A stretch of 64,000 nucleotides of DNA from Paraphysomonas bandaiensis (GCA_965644295.1 CBFFRP010000288.1:248001-312000); one strand, 5' to 3'. Positions 25,840 through 39,057 are shown, counted from the first letter of the stretch. The notes: generated by a model from the sequence alone, not told the origin. Made by a program: numbers and translations.

Positions 25840-26296
25840 ATGGAGCCGAACGAAATTGATTGCACCTTGGCGCTTGCGGTTGCTAGGTTAGTATGATTAA
25901 TATATAGAATATATATGGTGGTCGTTTAATGGTGTTCTAATATATCTTTGTCAGGAATTCTCAGCAAAAAGCGGGTACCACTCCCTCAGTGGACAACATG
26001 TGCCCTGTATGGAAATTAGACAGCAGGGCACCGTGCTGTGAATTATGTAAAGCTGAGTTCTCCGTGCTTTTTTGTCGGCACCATTGTCGCAACTGGTAAG
26101 TGCACGCATGTTTTTGTACTTTGTACTTGGACGTGGATATTGGATTTCCGTTAATTTTATCTGCAGTGGCAAATGTACGTGTGAAAACTGTTCGAGAGAC
26201 AAGTGTCGATTTCCTCGCATCGATCCTCGTGAACTCTTTAGAGTTTGTACGGAGTGTGCGCCTGGATTAAAAGCAGCTCGGAACTATGCCCGATGA
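25840..26296 (+). CDS. Small FYVE zinc-finger protein (about 105 aa), 3 exons; not correctly shown in the ORF track
   Basis: Splicing gives MEPNEIDCTLALAVAR-NSQQ..PVWKLDSRAPCCELCKAEFSVLFCRHHCRNC-GKCTCENCS..LFRVCTEC..NYAR*, containing the WxxD, RHHCRxCG and RVC motifs of FYVE domains. Confidence 0.88.
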
Positions 26297-26812
26297 AGCA
26301 TCTCGATTTGTTTATGGTTTCAGCCGAATTACTTCCTCGATTTTGTAAGAGATTTTGGTTCATGATGGATATCGAGTATAGAAAAAGAGATCGCGCAGTG
26401 AGTTTTAGTGTGGCGTTGTCCTAACAATTTTGTGTATTTCATGTTTAAAGACGCATATTGCTTTCTGCGTTGGATTTAATATAATTAACCAATGGCACAA
26501 AGATTCCTTTGTGTCATATTTACATCGATAGCACTTCTTTGAGTATATGGTTCAACTGTACATCACAACAGTTTAGCACAGTAGTATATCTTTTACGTTT
26601 GGAGCATCAACTTTTGCTGGAGCACGGCTTACATATTTATTTCACCAGGATGTTTAACTTGAAGACAGTACGATATACTCAACTCGTATCCGGATTAGTA
26701 TAAGCAAATATACAAGTTCAGAGCACTGAAGGCTCATTACTTTACATATATATCATACAACTTCTATTGCTATGAAGAATCACACAAGGAAAAAAGGGTT
26801 GGAATGAATGTG

Positions 26813-27512
26813 TGTATGTATGTATGTACTGTATGTATGTATGTATGTAGGTATGTAGGTATGTATGTAGGTATGTAGGTATGTACTGTATGTATGTATG
26901 TATGTATGTATGTATGTATGTATGTATGTATGTATGTATGTATGTATGTATGTATGTATGTATGTATGTATGTATGTATGTATGTATGTATGTATGTATG
27001 TATGTATGTATGTATGTATGTATGTATGTATGTATGTATGTATGTATGTATGTATGTATGTATGTATGTATGTATGTATGTATGTATGTATGTATGTATG
27101 TATGTATGTATGTATGTATGTATGTATGTATGTATGTATGTATGTATGTATGTATGTATGTATGTATGTATGTATGTATGTATGTATGTATGTATGTATG
27201 TATGTATGTATGTATGTATGTATGTATGTATGTATGTATGTATGTATGTATGTATGTATGTATGTATGTATGTATGTATGTATGTATGTATGTATGTATG
27301 TATGTATGTATGTATGTATGTATGTATGTATGTATGTATGTATGTATGTATGTATGTATGTATGTATGTATGTATGTATGTATGTATGTATGTATGTATG
27401 TATGTATGTATGTATGTATGTATGTATGTATGTATGTATGTATGTATGTATGTATGTATGTATGTATGTATGTATGTATGTATGTATGTATGTATGTATG
27501 TATGTATGTATG

Positions 27513-27578
<66 letters not shown>
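26813..27578. repeat. Compound microsatellite: (TATG)n of about 700 bp followed by (TATC)n of about 65 bp
   Basis: Directly visible. The left edge is degenerate (TAGG, TACTG variants), the body is pure, and it switches abruptly to TATC near 27513. Confidence 0.99.
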
Positions 27579-27614
27579 GCTGTTCACTTGAAGATTATGT
27601 CCACAGCTTGACGG

Positions 27615-29057
27615 ATGATGTTAATTAAATCACGCATACAGGTACTCCTGTGCTCGTGGATGTGTCTTGTGTCAACGGGCAGCGTAGAGTTTGTGGTGCA
27701 TCCAGATACCGATGCAGTGGCTGTGAGTGAGGTGGGGTGTGCTGGGAAACGAATCTCTTGCAGTTACTTTGCGCGGCCGCTGATTGAGCTTCAGAAGCAC
27801 GAGCTATTTGGTGGGCCTTTACATTCTTGGCGCTACTGTGACACGTGCAGGTTAGTGCTGCTAAGCGGACTACTGTTTAAGTGTCGTCGCGTTGAGCCGA
27901 TCGCGTAGGTGCATGATGCCTCCTCAGACTCGTCTAGATAAAATACAATTTCTGCATATTCCGAAGACGGGAACGTCAATTAACTGGTTTTTTCATGATT
28001 ATTTTGACTGCGCGATTTCGAATTCATCGCAGCCGTGTTCACAGTGGCTAGAATCGGTAAGATGTGTACATTTATATATTATTTATATCATTTAGAGTAA
28101 CGTGTCTAATATTTATTCTGTACTGTTATAGGAGGTAGAACAAAGACAAGGTCTCTGTAATGGCCGATTATTTTCATGTATGGGACATGCTGTGCATCCA
28201 TCTCTACCGGAGTTAGTTATTAAAACAGAAACGTACCTGGTAATACTCCTACGACATCCTTGGGAGAGAATGCAAAGTGATTACCACCATACTGTAGCTC
28301 ATCCCTTTACAGGTCACCTAGGCCCAAATTTAGATGTCTCAAAAGTTTTAGAATCAGTATCGGGACCATTAGAGTATGCTCTATATCCAGGGATATCCAA
28401 CTGCGCAACCAAGGTGATATACGAATGAAACCAGTTGTTGTATCAGCAGTATTACTCTTTTGATTTTAATGGGTTGCTGTTTCAGATGCTTAATGGATAT
28501 CATTGTGGGGATAAAGTTAAATTATCTGAACATCACTTAGATGTAGCTAAAAGGTGTTTTATTCACTGATTCAACTAGCTGTATAATCAGTGTTTTGGTC
28601 AGCGTACTTGATAATGCGCTGTTTGTGGGAATATCTGAATACTTCAAAACGTCAATTTGCCTATTCAGTTGGATTGTATGTATATATGTCATATTTTTTC
28701 TATCACAGTAATTATATTTGCTAGTATGGTGGAACGCCTAAAGAATATCACTTCAATAAATTCAGGTAAGGGTGTGCATATACTATATAAATTATTAAGC
28801 CTTTGCTCTATTCGATATTGCTGTATTGTATGATGGTATTGTATTCAATGATGTAAAAGCTTTGTATCTTACCCAATATTATGTTTAGAGAAGGAAACTA
28901 TACTCATATTGGTATCGACGAATTGACTGAATCTGATATAAAGTCATTTAGAGATAGCGAGCGATACGACTTGTCACTCTATGCCTATGCCCTGCAGGAT
29001 TTCATGGAGAAGCTTGCGTTGACGAGGTGCCCGCTTTTTGACAAAGTACACAAATAA
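27615..29057 (+). CDS. Golgi-type/secreted sulfotransferase (PAPS-dependent), about 7 exons
   Basis: Hydrophobic N-terminus. 5'-PSB motif FLHIPKTGTS and 3'-PB motif LRHPWERMQSDY. Later exons give FVGISEYFKTSICLF and ERYDLSLYAYA. All are joined by GT-AG introns, ending at TAA 29055-29057. Confidence 0.85.
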
Positions 29058-30160
29058 AAGGCTTCTAGTATGTACTGGGATACGTGTGGTAAATGAGTGC
29101 TATCAGCACTGTATCTCTATTGCTACATTTTTCACCTCCACCATTGTGTTCATAAATTGAATCATGATAGTTATTCGTAACGTGCTTTGTGTTCAATGGT
29201 TTGTTTATTACCATGACTGGGTATATTCGGTGTGTAGTACTGAATTATAAAATATTATAAATTTTATACAATTTATTCGGACTTATTATTGCGCTTCTTG
29301 TCGTCAGATTGTATAATGCATAGTAGAAATATCATGGACATGCCTAAGAAATCATATTATTTCACTTGGAGCGTTGTACAAAAATTATAATGCCCTGCCG
29401 AATAAACAGCCCTTCGGGGTATTAGGCCTACCTCAAGGGCATCCGGGACTGGGCCGATATGGCGGGGTATTGGGATGCCTGCTGAAGTCAAGCATCCGGC
29501 TGAAGTCATTCTGTTTCTCACTGCGTTTTCTTTGAGTGATAGATCAAAATTGATTGCACCTTGGTGCTTGCAGTGACGCACAAGCAGTAGGATATCAGAG
29601 TTAACAGCACAAGCAGCTTTCCTAGCGCTAAATACTAAGTCATAGTAGGATATCAGTGTTAAGCACTGGCTCTTAAAAGATAGAAGAGAGTGTCTGTTGA
29701 ACCGAATTTTAAAATTGAGTGTCTATATTTGCCCAGTGCTAGTATGAGCGTTCTATTCAGCCCAATTTGGGAAAAAAATGGGGATAATTCAATCGACTTC
29801 ACAGAAATATGTTAGCATAGTCTATGAAATGTTTATCGACGATTGCCATCTGCGAAGCTATGTTGTGTCGAAGTGCCGCTAAAACCAGTCTAAACAAAAA
29901 GCCGTGCTATTTTCCTCATCAATTGCTGAGGAGACTAGACCATTAATTATACATTCATTCTGCTATACCATAGATCTATCTGCATTCGGAATAGGAGTAT
30001 TCGTATTGCATATACCAGTGTTTTCTGAGCAAAATAGCATCAGTATACGCTATATACAACAACGAACAGATATAATCTATATCATTTCATCCAACATCCA
30101 AATAACGACTACTTTTCCTAGTAAGGTACACGAGGTATTCCACTGCAAAGTGTATAATCC

Positions 30161-30755
30161 TTACGGCAAGTGAAGGCGCCTATCGTATGACGGCAATCCG
30201 TGCTCAAACCCTTCCCTGTGTAAAACAATTAGTGTAAGTACACCTTAACTGATTGACTCACCATCCAAAGTATTTCCCCACCACATTGTATGTGGCATAT
30301 GTTCCAGGAATGCATGAGCAAATTCCAATTATCATAAACAACACAAAACCGTTATCGTTGATATGACGAAGATAAAAGAAAGATGTTATCATCATCGCAA
30401 GACCAAAGCTCAATAGACATACTGCCATGCATGTGGTCTTCTTCCCAATTTTCCTAATCTTTTGCATCGGCGTAATGGATGTCGAATTTCTGAAATCAAT
30501 TGGAATATGCGACTCCGTTTCATCGTCCGGATCGCGATATTCATAGTCAAGCGTTCCAATACCCTTCTTTTCTAGATCAGCATTCCGAGTTCCACTCTTT
30601 TTCATCGATTCCAAATAAGCAGCACTTGGTTTTCTGATCATAGTTTCTGCGCGTACATCAGAAGGTCTGGCATTCTGTAATATTGAAGATTTCATTTCCT
30701 CCTCAGTACTCACAGTACCCACAGCCATCGGGTTATCAACATCAGGTGATGACAT
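30161..30755 (-). CDS. TMEM134/TMEM230-like two-TM membrane protein, 2 exons
   Basis: ATG at 30755. Two C-terminal TMs, then IPGTYATYNVVGKYFGW|EGFEHGLPSYD, similar to the PGxY..GY..IP tail of the family. Intron GTGAGT..ACACAG. Confidence 0.6.
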
Positions 30756-31456
30756 AATAAACCTCTCCAAATAAAATTAACTAAAGAGAGTGTAGAATAT
30801 CCTGAGGTTCAGGAGGATAAGATACAGCGTAGGTGAGTGTTATTAACAATCAGACAGATCAGTGTATGCTACCTGTGCTACTATACGTTACACCATTACG
30901 ATAACAAATCAATAGATTAATTCACACAATTGTAGTAAACACAGATTGGTAAGGTCTGTACAACACTATTGACCTAACCAGATGAACTGTGAATTGATAG
31001 AGCAGAGTGGTTGAAAACATATGCAATAGATTCCAACACATACTACTCGTACATACATACATACATATATGTACAGCTATAGAAGGGTTCGTACTTTGCT
31101 ATATAGATAGATATACTATGATGGTATACGGGTATACCGGTTTACTCTATGCACTATATGTACATATATATTGTCCAAGCATCACCACTACAGCTGTATT
31201 CCTATGTCCTTGTTATACAGCGGTGTATACAGCAGTATATATGATCTACTCCCAAGTCTGCTGTATATGTACGGTATACCGTATACGTATATCTTCTGAA
31301 GGGTAGTCCTTATAGATTTAGGAACATTTTGAGCAACATTTCAGCAACATTTTCAGCAACAAATCTGGAAATGTTCCTGGGAAAGTCGGCATCTATAAGG
31401 GAGAGTGTTATGGTCGCTGGACATCATATCAATATCTAGATATCTGATTGCGATAA

Positions 31457-31762
31457 CGATTAAAATATGCTCATCCCAATCACTCTATTACAGCGCACAG
31501 AACACTGCCATTTAAGAGATTCTTAGCTCCATTCCTAGACTATGTATATGACAGAAATAACGGCGATGCAGACTGTGTCTGGGCACGATTTAGACTTCTC
31601 TATCAGATTAATTCCTCGTTTCATTTGAGTATAGGCCGAGACACAAGACCACAGCGTCTCTCAGCCTTCCTTAAGCAGGCAAACCAAGAAGATTTGATTA
31701 CCAGAGTGCGATTTCAAGTACAGCAATCACGTGCACAGAAGGATTTCAGCAACGCGATGTAG
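31457..31762 (+). pseudogene. Open frame of about 100 codons with no start codon; possible gene or TE relic
   Basis: RLKYAHPNHSITAHRTLPFKRFLAPFLDYVYDRNNGDADCVWARFRLLYQ...QKDFSNAM*. Stops lie immediately upstream and no family is recognised. Confidence 0.25.
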
Positions 31763-32539
31763 ATATACTTTGAGTTGCGTGAACAATAACAGGCCTCTAA
31801 TATAATCTCGCTTATACTCCACCCATAGAATCAGCTAAAAAGTGGATATTCCATAGGATATATTGACTCGCAATAAGGATTGTTGTTTTGGTACAATAGC
31901 ATTGTTTTCAAATTCAACTTTCTTTATGACGTTATTTAGCACATAGAGTACTTATATTTTTGTCGTAGATATGCGTATATATATGAGATTACTTCTGTTG
32001 TTATCTCTAGCTATATGGATAGGTTTAGAAATGTCGAACTTCTGTAGCAATATTGTTAGACGTGTCTAGTACAATGCCGTTAACTGTGAAAAGAAAAACC
32101 ATGGATTATATCTTCTAATAATTCGTACTCCTTCTTTTTTGATATCGTTCTTTGATATCATATCGGTTTCGTCTAGCAATCTGACCTGCGAATCTGTGTA
32201 AGCGTTGTGGGTGCCAATGTTGACATGGCTTAATTTTGTGACAACTCTGTGGTAATGGTATACACGTATACACCAACACAACTGTATTACTACTAATATA
32301 TATTTATCACTGTGATGGCTGAAACAGTTACCAGCAAGATTGCCAGGTGCTGTAATACACAAGGCCTAATTTGATTAAAACTCTTTATGTTGTGCACTCC
32401 AAGCATAATACTCTTCGAGAGAAAATTGAGACTACTATTCAGATTAACATATTTCATAGACAGCTATCATTCTATGCATATGGAGTATGACTACTAATTC
32501 TTTGATTCTTATATTTCTCTCTTATATGATTACATAGCA

Positions 32540-33706
32540 TTAAGCGAATTCTCCAGAGGTAAGGCTTTCTTTTGGCCCCAATACATTTTCTTTAACATTA
32601 AGATCAGCATATAATTTCTCTTCTTCATGACCCTTCTCGAAACGTTTTCTGGCATCTTTCATTTCGACTTCTTCCTGATGATGAATTTCTTTAGCGAGTT
32701 CGCCAGTTTCATCCTCAGAATATAAATCTGTTCCACGCCCAATGAGTAGAAATTCTGCATGCTTTGTGTCTAGAAAAGATGGATCTGCATCAGCTAAAAA
32801 CAGAGCTCTTAAAATAGTATAAAATATCGTGTGCATTTAATAAATATAAATAGTATATACGACATCATGATATATATAATAACATTGGCATACCCCATCG
32901 CAACCACTGCACTCGAGTTCCTCTAAATTGTTCCATCTGTTTGCTTGTAAAATGTGCCTTCTGTTTTCCGTGTAGACCTTTTCCAGATGAATCTGCTTTA
33001 TCTGGTTTGTTTGGATTCTTCACTCGTATCTCATAGGAAGCGGACTTGCAAATATGAAGCGCCTCTTGAGCAGGGCCTGAAAATATCACATCAACAACAT
33101 AAGTGTATGAATAGTATAGTGAATGCGATAAGCTAAGACAACCTGGTTCCTCAGGAATCTCTAACTCATAAACGAAATGGGTATGTCCTTTCCCATGTTT
33201 AACAAATTCGTAAATACCCTCTCCGCATGGCCTTGCAGCGGGAGATAGTCTGCCTTCACCTGACACTGTTTCGTACTCTTTCTGCTCCAATGCACTTGTT
33301 AAATCTTCAATCTTGTCAGACACTAAATCCACGAACGCTCCTCTTGTGTCGTGCTTTTTCACATTCGGAAGCATTTTCCCAGTAAGAATGAGCAGTCGAT
33401 GAGTGCAAGGAGATTCTGAGGGTGATAATATCATATAAAACTTTGATATATCCTCAAGAGAGTGTACAATGTGATGCTCTTCATCCTTATGCTCTACTTT
33501 TGGACGATAAAAGAAAAAGACATGCCTGTCAGAATGTGAGGGAGATAGAGTGAATGGTATTAAGAGGAGTGTACCCGGTCTCTAGGATAGTAGTCAATGG
33601 CTGCATATGATTGATTACACCGTAAATAAGACATGTATTAGATATTTACCTTCATTTTCTTTGATGGATTCTCGTCAGACGAGTTTGTTTTATTCGATCG
33701 TTTCAT
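32540..33706 (-). CDS. Conserved hypothetical protein (ILEKG..FFYRPKV family seen in fungi, plants and some bacteria), about 5 exons
   Basis: Spliced MKRSNK..MK|PLTTILETG|HVFFFYRPKVEH..FYMILSP..RLLILTGKMLP..PAARPCGEGIY..THFVYELEIPEEPG|PAQEALHI..VKNP..W|ADADPSFLDTKHAEFLLIG. Confidence 0.75.
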
Positions 33707-34311
33707 GAATACAGTTTATTTATTATAGTTAATAATAATATACTGAATTAAGGAGTTTCATATAGTGGAGTAAAGCCGATTGATAGATATATGCATATGA
33801 CTCCTATGAGTATGAGTATGGTGGGTGCTCTATATCTAGATATAGAAACATTCGCATATTCCTCTTCTTGAAGTTGATGTTCGAAGTGAAAGATGAAGTG
33901 TATGTACTGCTATATGAACTAACACTCCTACACCTCTTTATAATGATATTATATGAACGCTGTTTTTTTACAGTGTCTGCGATTTTTTTTACTTGTACAC
34001 ATTCTTTCCAATATGTAATTAATTCTAATGCATCTGATTGGCTCACACATTAATGATCCAATCATGTATTGATGAGAGAAGATAATAGGATATAAAGTGC
34101 TGTGATACAGCGACATATACATAGTCACCGTACGAGACTATGGGGTGTGGGGTGTGGCGTATGGGGTGCATATACATACATATATATACACATCATCTCA
34201 TATATATACACCACACACACACACATGCAATGAAACGCCATTAGAAATATTCCTCTCATTTCTCTATATCAGATCTGTATCTTAGGGACTTCAACTAGAT
34301 AAATAAACCCA

Positions 34312-37300
34312 ATGTCAGATCACTCTGATATACAAATCAAGAAACCATCAGGCATGTCTCTTAAGTGTCTTCGATGTAACTGTGAGGGTATTATACAACC
34401 TAATCACACTATAATAGACTCATGTAGTTGTCTATGTTGTCATTATAAAGATTCAAAATGTGTATATTGTAGTGTAGATTGTTGCATTGATTGTAACGGT
34501 AAGTATATCCTGAAAGGTGATGAAAATAACGGATATTACTTCGGATGCTGTAATGGCTGTTCATTTCAGAAGAAATCATTGCTATCCGATCGATTTGAAA
34601 CAATGAGTAATAAACTTATCAATACCCCAACTCGTCCAACTTATCGAACACTTTTGCATTCATCTGTTCTTGCCTGTGATCCTGATTTAACATGGGATCT
34701 GCTTATGAGAGGTGCCAATCCATTTGTGCAAGATAAAATGAACATTACTCCGATTGACTTGGCACGATTGCTGTACTACTCTAAATTGGGGCAAAAATCT
34801 AACGAAAAGAGTGTATATGAAATTCTTCCAAAGATTAGCTTTCCTGACGTAGAGAGAGATGGACCAGTCGAATTGAGGAAGCTTCGCACCACTTCAGATT
34901 TAGGCGTGGTTAAGAGTCCCCCTCACCCCAAGCGTCAGCAGGGGTATATCGCCGAATCACCTCCTCAAATGAGTTTAGTACTCAATGCTTGCGAGGCCAC
35001 TGACCTACCACCAGCTCCACCTTCCCCTGTGTCTAGCCCTGTAAGTGGTTCTCCCAGTGGGGGTGGTATATACTATCCACCGGCCAGCTCACCTACCCTC
35101 CAGAGAAGGAAGCGGTCCAGTACTATGACGGAGCGGCAGCTAGTCTTAGAGACTGTTTCAGAGACTGCACCTACTCTACTCCCACCCCACCCTCCTCTGG
35201 AAAATACTTTCAATAGTTCCTTAACAATATCGAGTGTTCCTACCACTTTTCCCAAAGGTGCTAACTACTCATTGCTTTCACCGGAGCCTTTTGACCGTAG
35301 CCACGTTCAGCGCGCCCAAACAATGACGGACTGTGAACGATGTATCTTTTCTCCGCCTCACCCTTCTCGTGCTCGCTCTTCTGACCCTGTGATTCACAGG
35401 GATCGAGCGATGACAATGACTGAGGCGACAGTGACACTGACCGGGACAAGGGCAAGACAACCATTGTTAAGAGGGTATGTAAGTGCTGGTAGACGTCATG
35501 CAGCCGCTCACGCCCCTGCACTACGTAAGGGGAAACAAGTTTTTACACCGCTCACTCTTGTAAAACTGTCGTCTGGCAATGATTGCTCGGTCAGTGAGCT
35601 CTCTGGAAATATTCCCAATGCACTGAGCAGCAGCTGCACAGAGGACTCTGTCCATGGTTTAGCACAACAAATGGGTGTTATTTACGAGAATGAAATTGAC
35701 GACGATAAAGAGGGATATACGCGAACCAGCGATCGACTAAAATGGGAAGTTTTGCAATTAATGGAATCAATCGCGCGCGAAGTCGAGGTAGAGGGGACGG
35801 GAAGCAAAAGTGCAAGTGAAGAGACGAGCTCTTGTGACGGTAACAGTGGGAGTGATGACACAGACAAGAATGAAGTCGAAAATAAACGGATAAGGGATAT
35901 ATCAGAATCTGTGCTTGGAAGTGATCGCGATGACAGTGGCCCCAGTGACGCTGATATCAAAAGGTTGGCAAGTGCTGCTGCGGCCGCTTTCGGTCTTCCG
36001 TCTAGGCGAGATACTCCGCCGTGCGATGCTCAGTCTACATCGGATTCGGATGACATATACATGACATGTACGGCTTGTATGGACTGCCTTCCCCATTCAA
36101 AAATGGTTTACTCATGCAGTCGCATGGGATGTCTGAGTCATCTCTGCGAAGAATGTATGTTCCGTCTGTCTTTTGTGACTATAACTTCAGCACTCTATGC
36201 CGTACCGGCTATACGCTGCCCCGGTAGGTGCATGGGTCGAATCCCAACTCGAGTATGGCGGGGCGCTCTTAGAGGGGTTAAAGTGTGTGATGATGATCGC
36301 GCTGCGGTGAAAGTGAAGGATAAAAGCATGTCGCTATTAGATTTGTTGGACTTACTCTTTGAGACTTTTGAGCTCTTTTGTGTTGACTATGAGAATGATA
36401 CGGTCAATAACTCGCTCCGGGTCACTCACACCTGCAATCTTTTGTATCGTATCGATGCGATTGCCCAGCATGATGACTTCTCAATTGAGGACTTGTATTG
36501 TAGCGCTGAGGAAGCTGGACTTGTTCCAGAAGATTCCAACGTGGCGTACAGATCATTCCATGAGTTTTCCCAAGCTGTGTATCCTGACAAAGAAGTAGAC
36601 GACGAGGATGTAAGCGACAATTTCTTGACAATGGAAGACATGTTGAACGATGAAGACATTGAGGACACAGATGCTGAAAGCAGGGGTGTGAGGAGAGTGA
36701 GATTGTGTAGTTTTCTCGCTGAAGTTGCAGTGATCGTTAGATCACGGATGGACACTCGGCTTATACTTCCTGTCAGTCCAGAGAATGCACTCCTGGACGA
36801 TGCCGAGGGATTATTGATGAAGCGCTACGTGTCAAATGCCGAAGCTTTATTGACAATGAGGTGTGGTGAGTGTGAAGAAACGGTAAACCTTTTCCATTCT
36901 TCTATTAATGGTAGCACAATCATATGTAATCGAGACGATCGCGCAACGAATCTGAAGGAACTGGTAGAAAATTTAACTGACTCTCAAGCGGTTGCGTTCC
37001 TTCGTGTGTGGGCCAATTTTAGTAACGGTCGTGCTCCGGCAAGTGCCTTTGTATCAAACGTCATTGAGGCATTTATACTCACTCGAAAGTTCAACTCCGA
37101 CGAAGAGAAAGAGGAAGTGATATCTACCATACGAAATAGTGCTGAAGATGGTATTATTCGTAAGGATGTGTTGAGATACTTCAATCGCGTGTTGTCGCTT
37201 TTAGTGGACGTAGAAAGGAGATTTGCCGCTCAGCTAGAGCTATATCGACGCTACCCGAAAATTCGTGTTCCTTGCTGCAATTCAAAGCACTGCTTTCTAT

Positions 37301-37647
37301 GCAAGGTGGAGGGCCACCACAAAGGCAAAACCTGTACAGAAGTTCAGAGTGCTGCGATGGGCACAGAATGTCAATATTGTCCCGGGTGTGGAGTCGCAAC
37401 TCTTCGCACTGAAGGATGCAATGAGATTCTTTGTGTTTGTGGGACCAATTGGGAATGGGCAGGTGCTATTGAGGATGATGATGGAGGAAACGAAAGCATG
37501 CGCGGTGGTGCAAAAGACAACAATGAAGGTGAGGAAAACGGCCCCCACATAGATATGATCATCGATGAAGAGGGACCTTCAAGGAGAAGCCTGTCGCTAG
37601 ATGACAGCAGCGTGGGGCTTCAGTTCGAGTGCGAAATTGGTGCGTAA
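34312..37647 (+). CDS. RBR (RING-IBR-RING2) E3 ubiquitin ligase-like protein with N-terminal Cys-rich region and ankyrin repeat; single exon
   Basis: Ankyrin LLHSSV..LLMRGANPFVQDKMNITPIDLA. RING1 CTAC..C..HLCEEC..IRCPGRC. IBR half PCCNSKHCFLCKVEGHHKGKTC. RING2 CPGCGVATLRTEGCNEILCVCGTNWEW. Confidence 0.8.
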   Translation: MSDHSDIQIKKPSGMSLKCLRCNCEGIIQPNHTIIDSCSCLCCHYKDSKCVYCSVDCCIDCNGKYILKGDENNGYYFGCCNGCSFQKKSLLSDRFETMSNKLINTPTRPTYRTLLHSSVLACDPDLTWDLLMRGANPFVQDKMNITPIDLARLLYYSKLGQKSNEKSVYEILPKISFPDVERDGPVELRKLRTTSDLGVVKSPPHPKRQQGYIAESPPQMSLVLNACEATDLPPAPPSPVSSPVSGSPSGGGIYYPPASSPTLQRRKRSSTMTERQLVLETVSETAPTLLPPHPPLENTFNSSLTISSVPTTFPKGANYSLLSPEPFDRSHVQRAQTMTDCERCIFSPPHPSRARSSDPVIHRDRAMTMTEATVTLTGTRARQPLLRGYVSAGRRHAAAHAPALRKGKQVFTPLTLVKLSSGNDCSVSELSGNIPNALSSSCTEDSVHGLAQQMGVIYENEIDDDKEGYTRTSDRLKWEVLQLMESIAREVEVEGTGSKSASEETSSCDGNSGSDDTDKNEVENKRIRDISESVLGSDRDDSGPSDADIKRLASAAAAAFGLPSRRDTPPCDAQSTSDSDDIYMTCTACMDCLPHSKMVYSCSRMGCLSHLCEECMFRLSFVTITSALYAVPAIRCPGRCMGRIPTRVWRGALRGVKVCDDDRAAVKVKDKSMSLLDLLDLLFETFELFCVDYENDTVNNSLRVTHTCNLLYRIDAIAQHDDFSIEDLYCSAEEAGLVPEDSNVAYRSFHEFSQAVYPDKEVDDEDVSDNFLTMEDMLNDEDIEDTDAESRGVRRVRLCSFLAEVAVIVRSRMDTRLILPVSPENALLDDAEGLLMKRYVSNAEALLTMRCGECEETVNLFHSSINGSTIICNRDDRATNLKELVENLTDSQAVAFLRVWANFSNGRAPASAFVSNVIEAFILTRKFNSDEEKEEVISTIRNSAEDGIIRKDVLRYFNRVLSLLVDVERRFAAQLELYRRYPKIRVPCCNSKHCFLCKVEGHHKGKTCTEVQSAAMGTECQYCPGCGVATLRTEGCNEILCVCGTNWEWAGAIEDDDGGNESMRGGAKDNNEGEENGPHIDMIIDEEGPSRRSLSLDDSSVGLQFECEIGA

Positions 37648-39057
37648 TATGACTCGGTCATTTCTTCCTCTTATGTGGAACGAATGACTCACATGCTACT
37701 ATTGTGGTGTGTTCTAGCAGTAAAGTTGTTGTATACCAGTGCTCCATCAGGAAATGGCACTGTATTTTTGAGTGTTGATAAATTTTGAAATCGTACATAG
37801 AACTTTCAGTGGAAATCCTATACACATTGCATCTACTATGTATTTACTCATATTATGCTAGTAGCAATCGCAAAATTAGTACTAAACTTATAGACGTCTT
37901 CAAAAGAGGCAAGGAATATATAAGTAATCGAATTGGGATTTACGGGCTTTGAATTGTATATGTTCATTGCACATGAGAATATTCAGAAGATAATGTACGA
38001 AAGGAAAAACAGTAATACATATGCATGCGTTTACTGCAAATTAACGACAAATCTTGAGCATATATAAATTTCACCTAATCTCATAGTTCATTATAGTAGG
38101 TAGTCGAATATACTACATAGCTATAACTGTGAAACTGAAGTATTGTATCATGACGATTCAAGATGAGTAGTGGTTGACATGAACGAAACAATTTATCATG
38201 TTGTAGACATGTTTTACATGACAACACACACAATTGTGTATGCATTTAATAAAAGAGTCTATCTAGTTTGATTACAATAAACTTCTCTAACCATCATAAT
38301 TGTGAAAATGACCAATAGTCAATACTAGATACCATTGATGTGAAATGGTACTTTGAGTTTTCTTTTGTCTACGTGGTGTAAAACGGGATCACATATTTAG
38401 CTATATACACTAGGTTTTCAACATCATGAGGATAAAAGCTATAATTTAACCTTAAGATAAGAAGTATCGTCCTTCGTTTCTAAAAGTACAGACCCGTAAG
38501 AATTGTGATTAAATATAACTATATGTTTTCCTATGAGTTCTTTTGACCTATAGCAGATCTTATAGGCTATTTACGCTCTTATATTGTAGGCTACGACATA
38601 GTAGAACTCGACAACGTGAAGTCAAGAATCAAGGACTAGTATTTCAGATGTAATATTGATTGTCTGGCTGGAATACACCAAACTTTCAATGAATATTAAT
38701 AATACATCGCCATTACATTTCAGAATAAACAATAGTCAATAAAATCACCTGATCTATCATGTTGATTCCCACTACATAATCCTCTCATCTTGTATATTAA
38801 CCATCCTTGAAATTTATTATATTTATCGTTCTGATATATTTAGACCAATGCAAGTGAAAACTCATTTTTTGAAAGTTTAGTCTACGGTATAGATTACATG
38901 AAGTATATTTGCAAGGACAGCAGTATTAGGAATATAGTAATAAACGTTGTAGCACTATAGCATATGTAATGTACGTACACATTAATACTCAAATATAAAC
39001 ATTTACATGTATGTTGCTGCGCGTAATGACAACGTGACTACAAAGAATATGAATCGA

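Noticed and set aside
26881-27628. MYVC/YLSI-repeat ORFs
   Set aside because: Artefacts of the (TATG)n/(TATC)n array.
34140-34226. G-run and (CA)/(TA) tract upstream of the RBR gene as a G-quadruplex promoter element
   Set aside because: Only three GGGG runs plus a GG; indistinguishable from simple-sequence noise.
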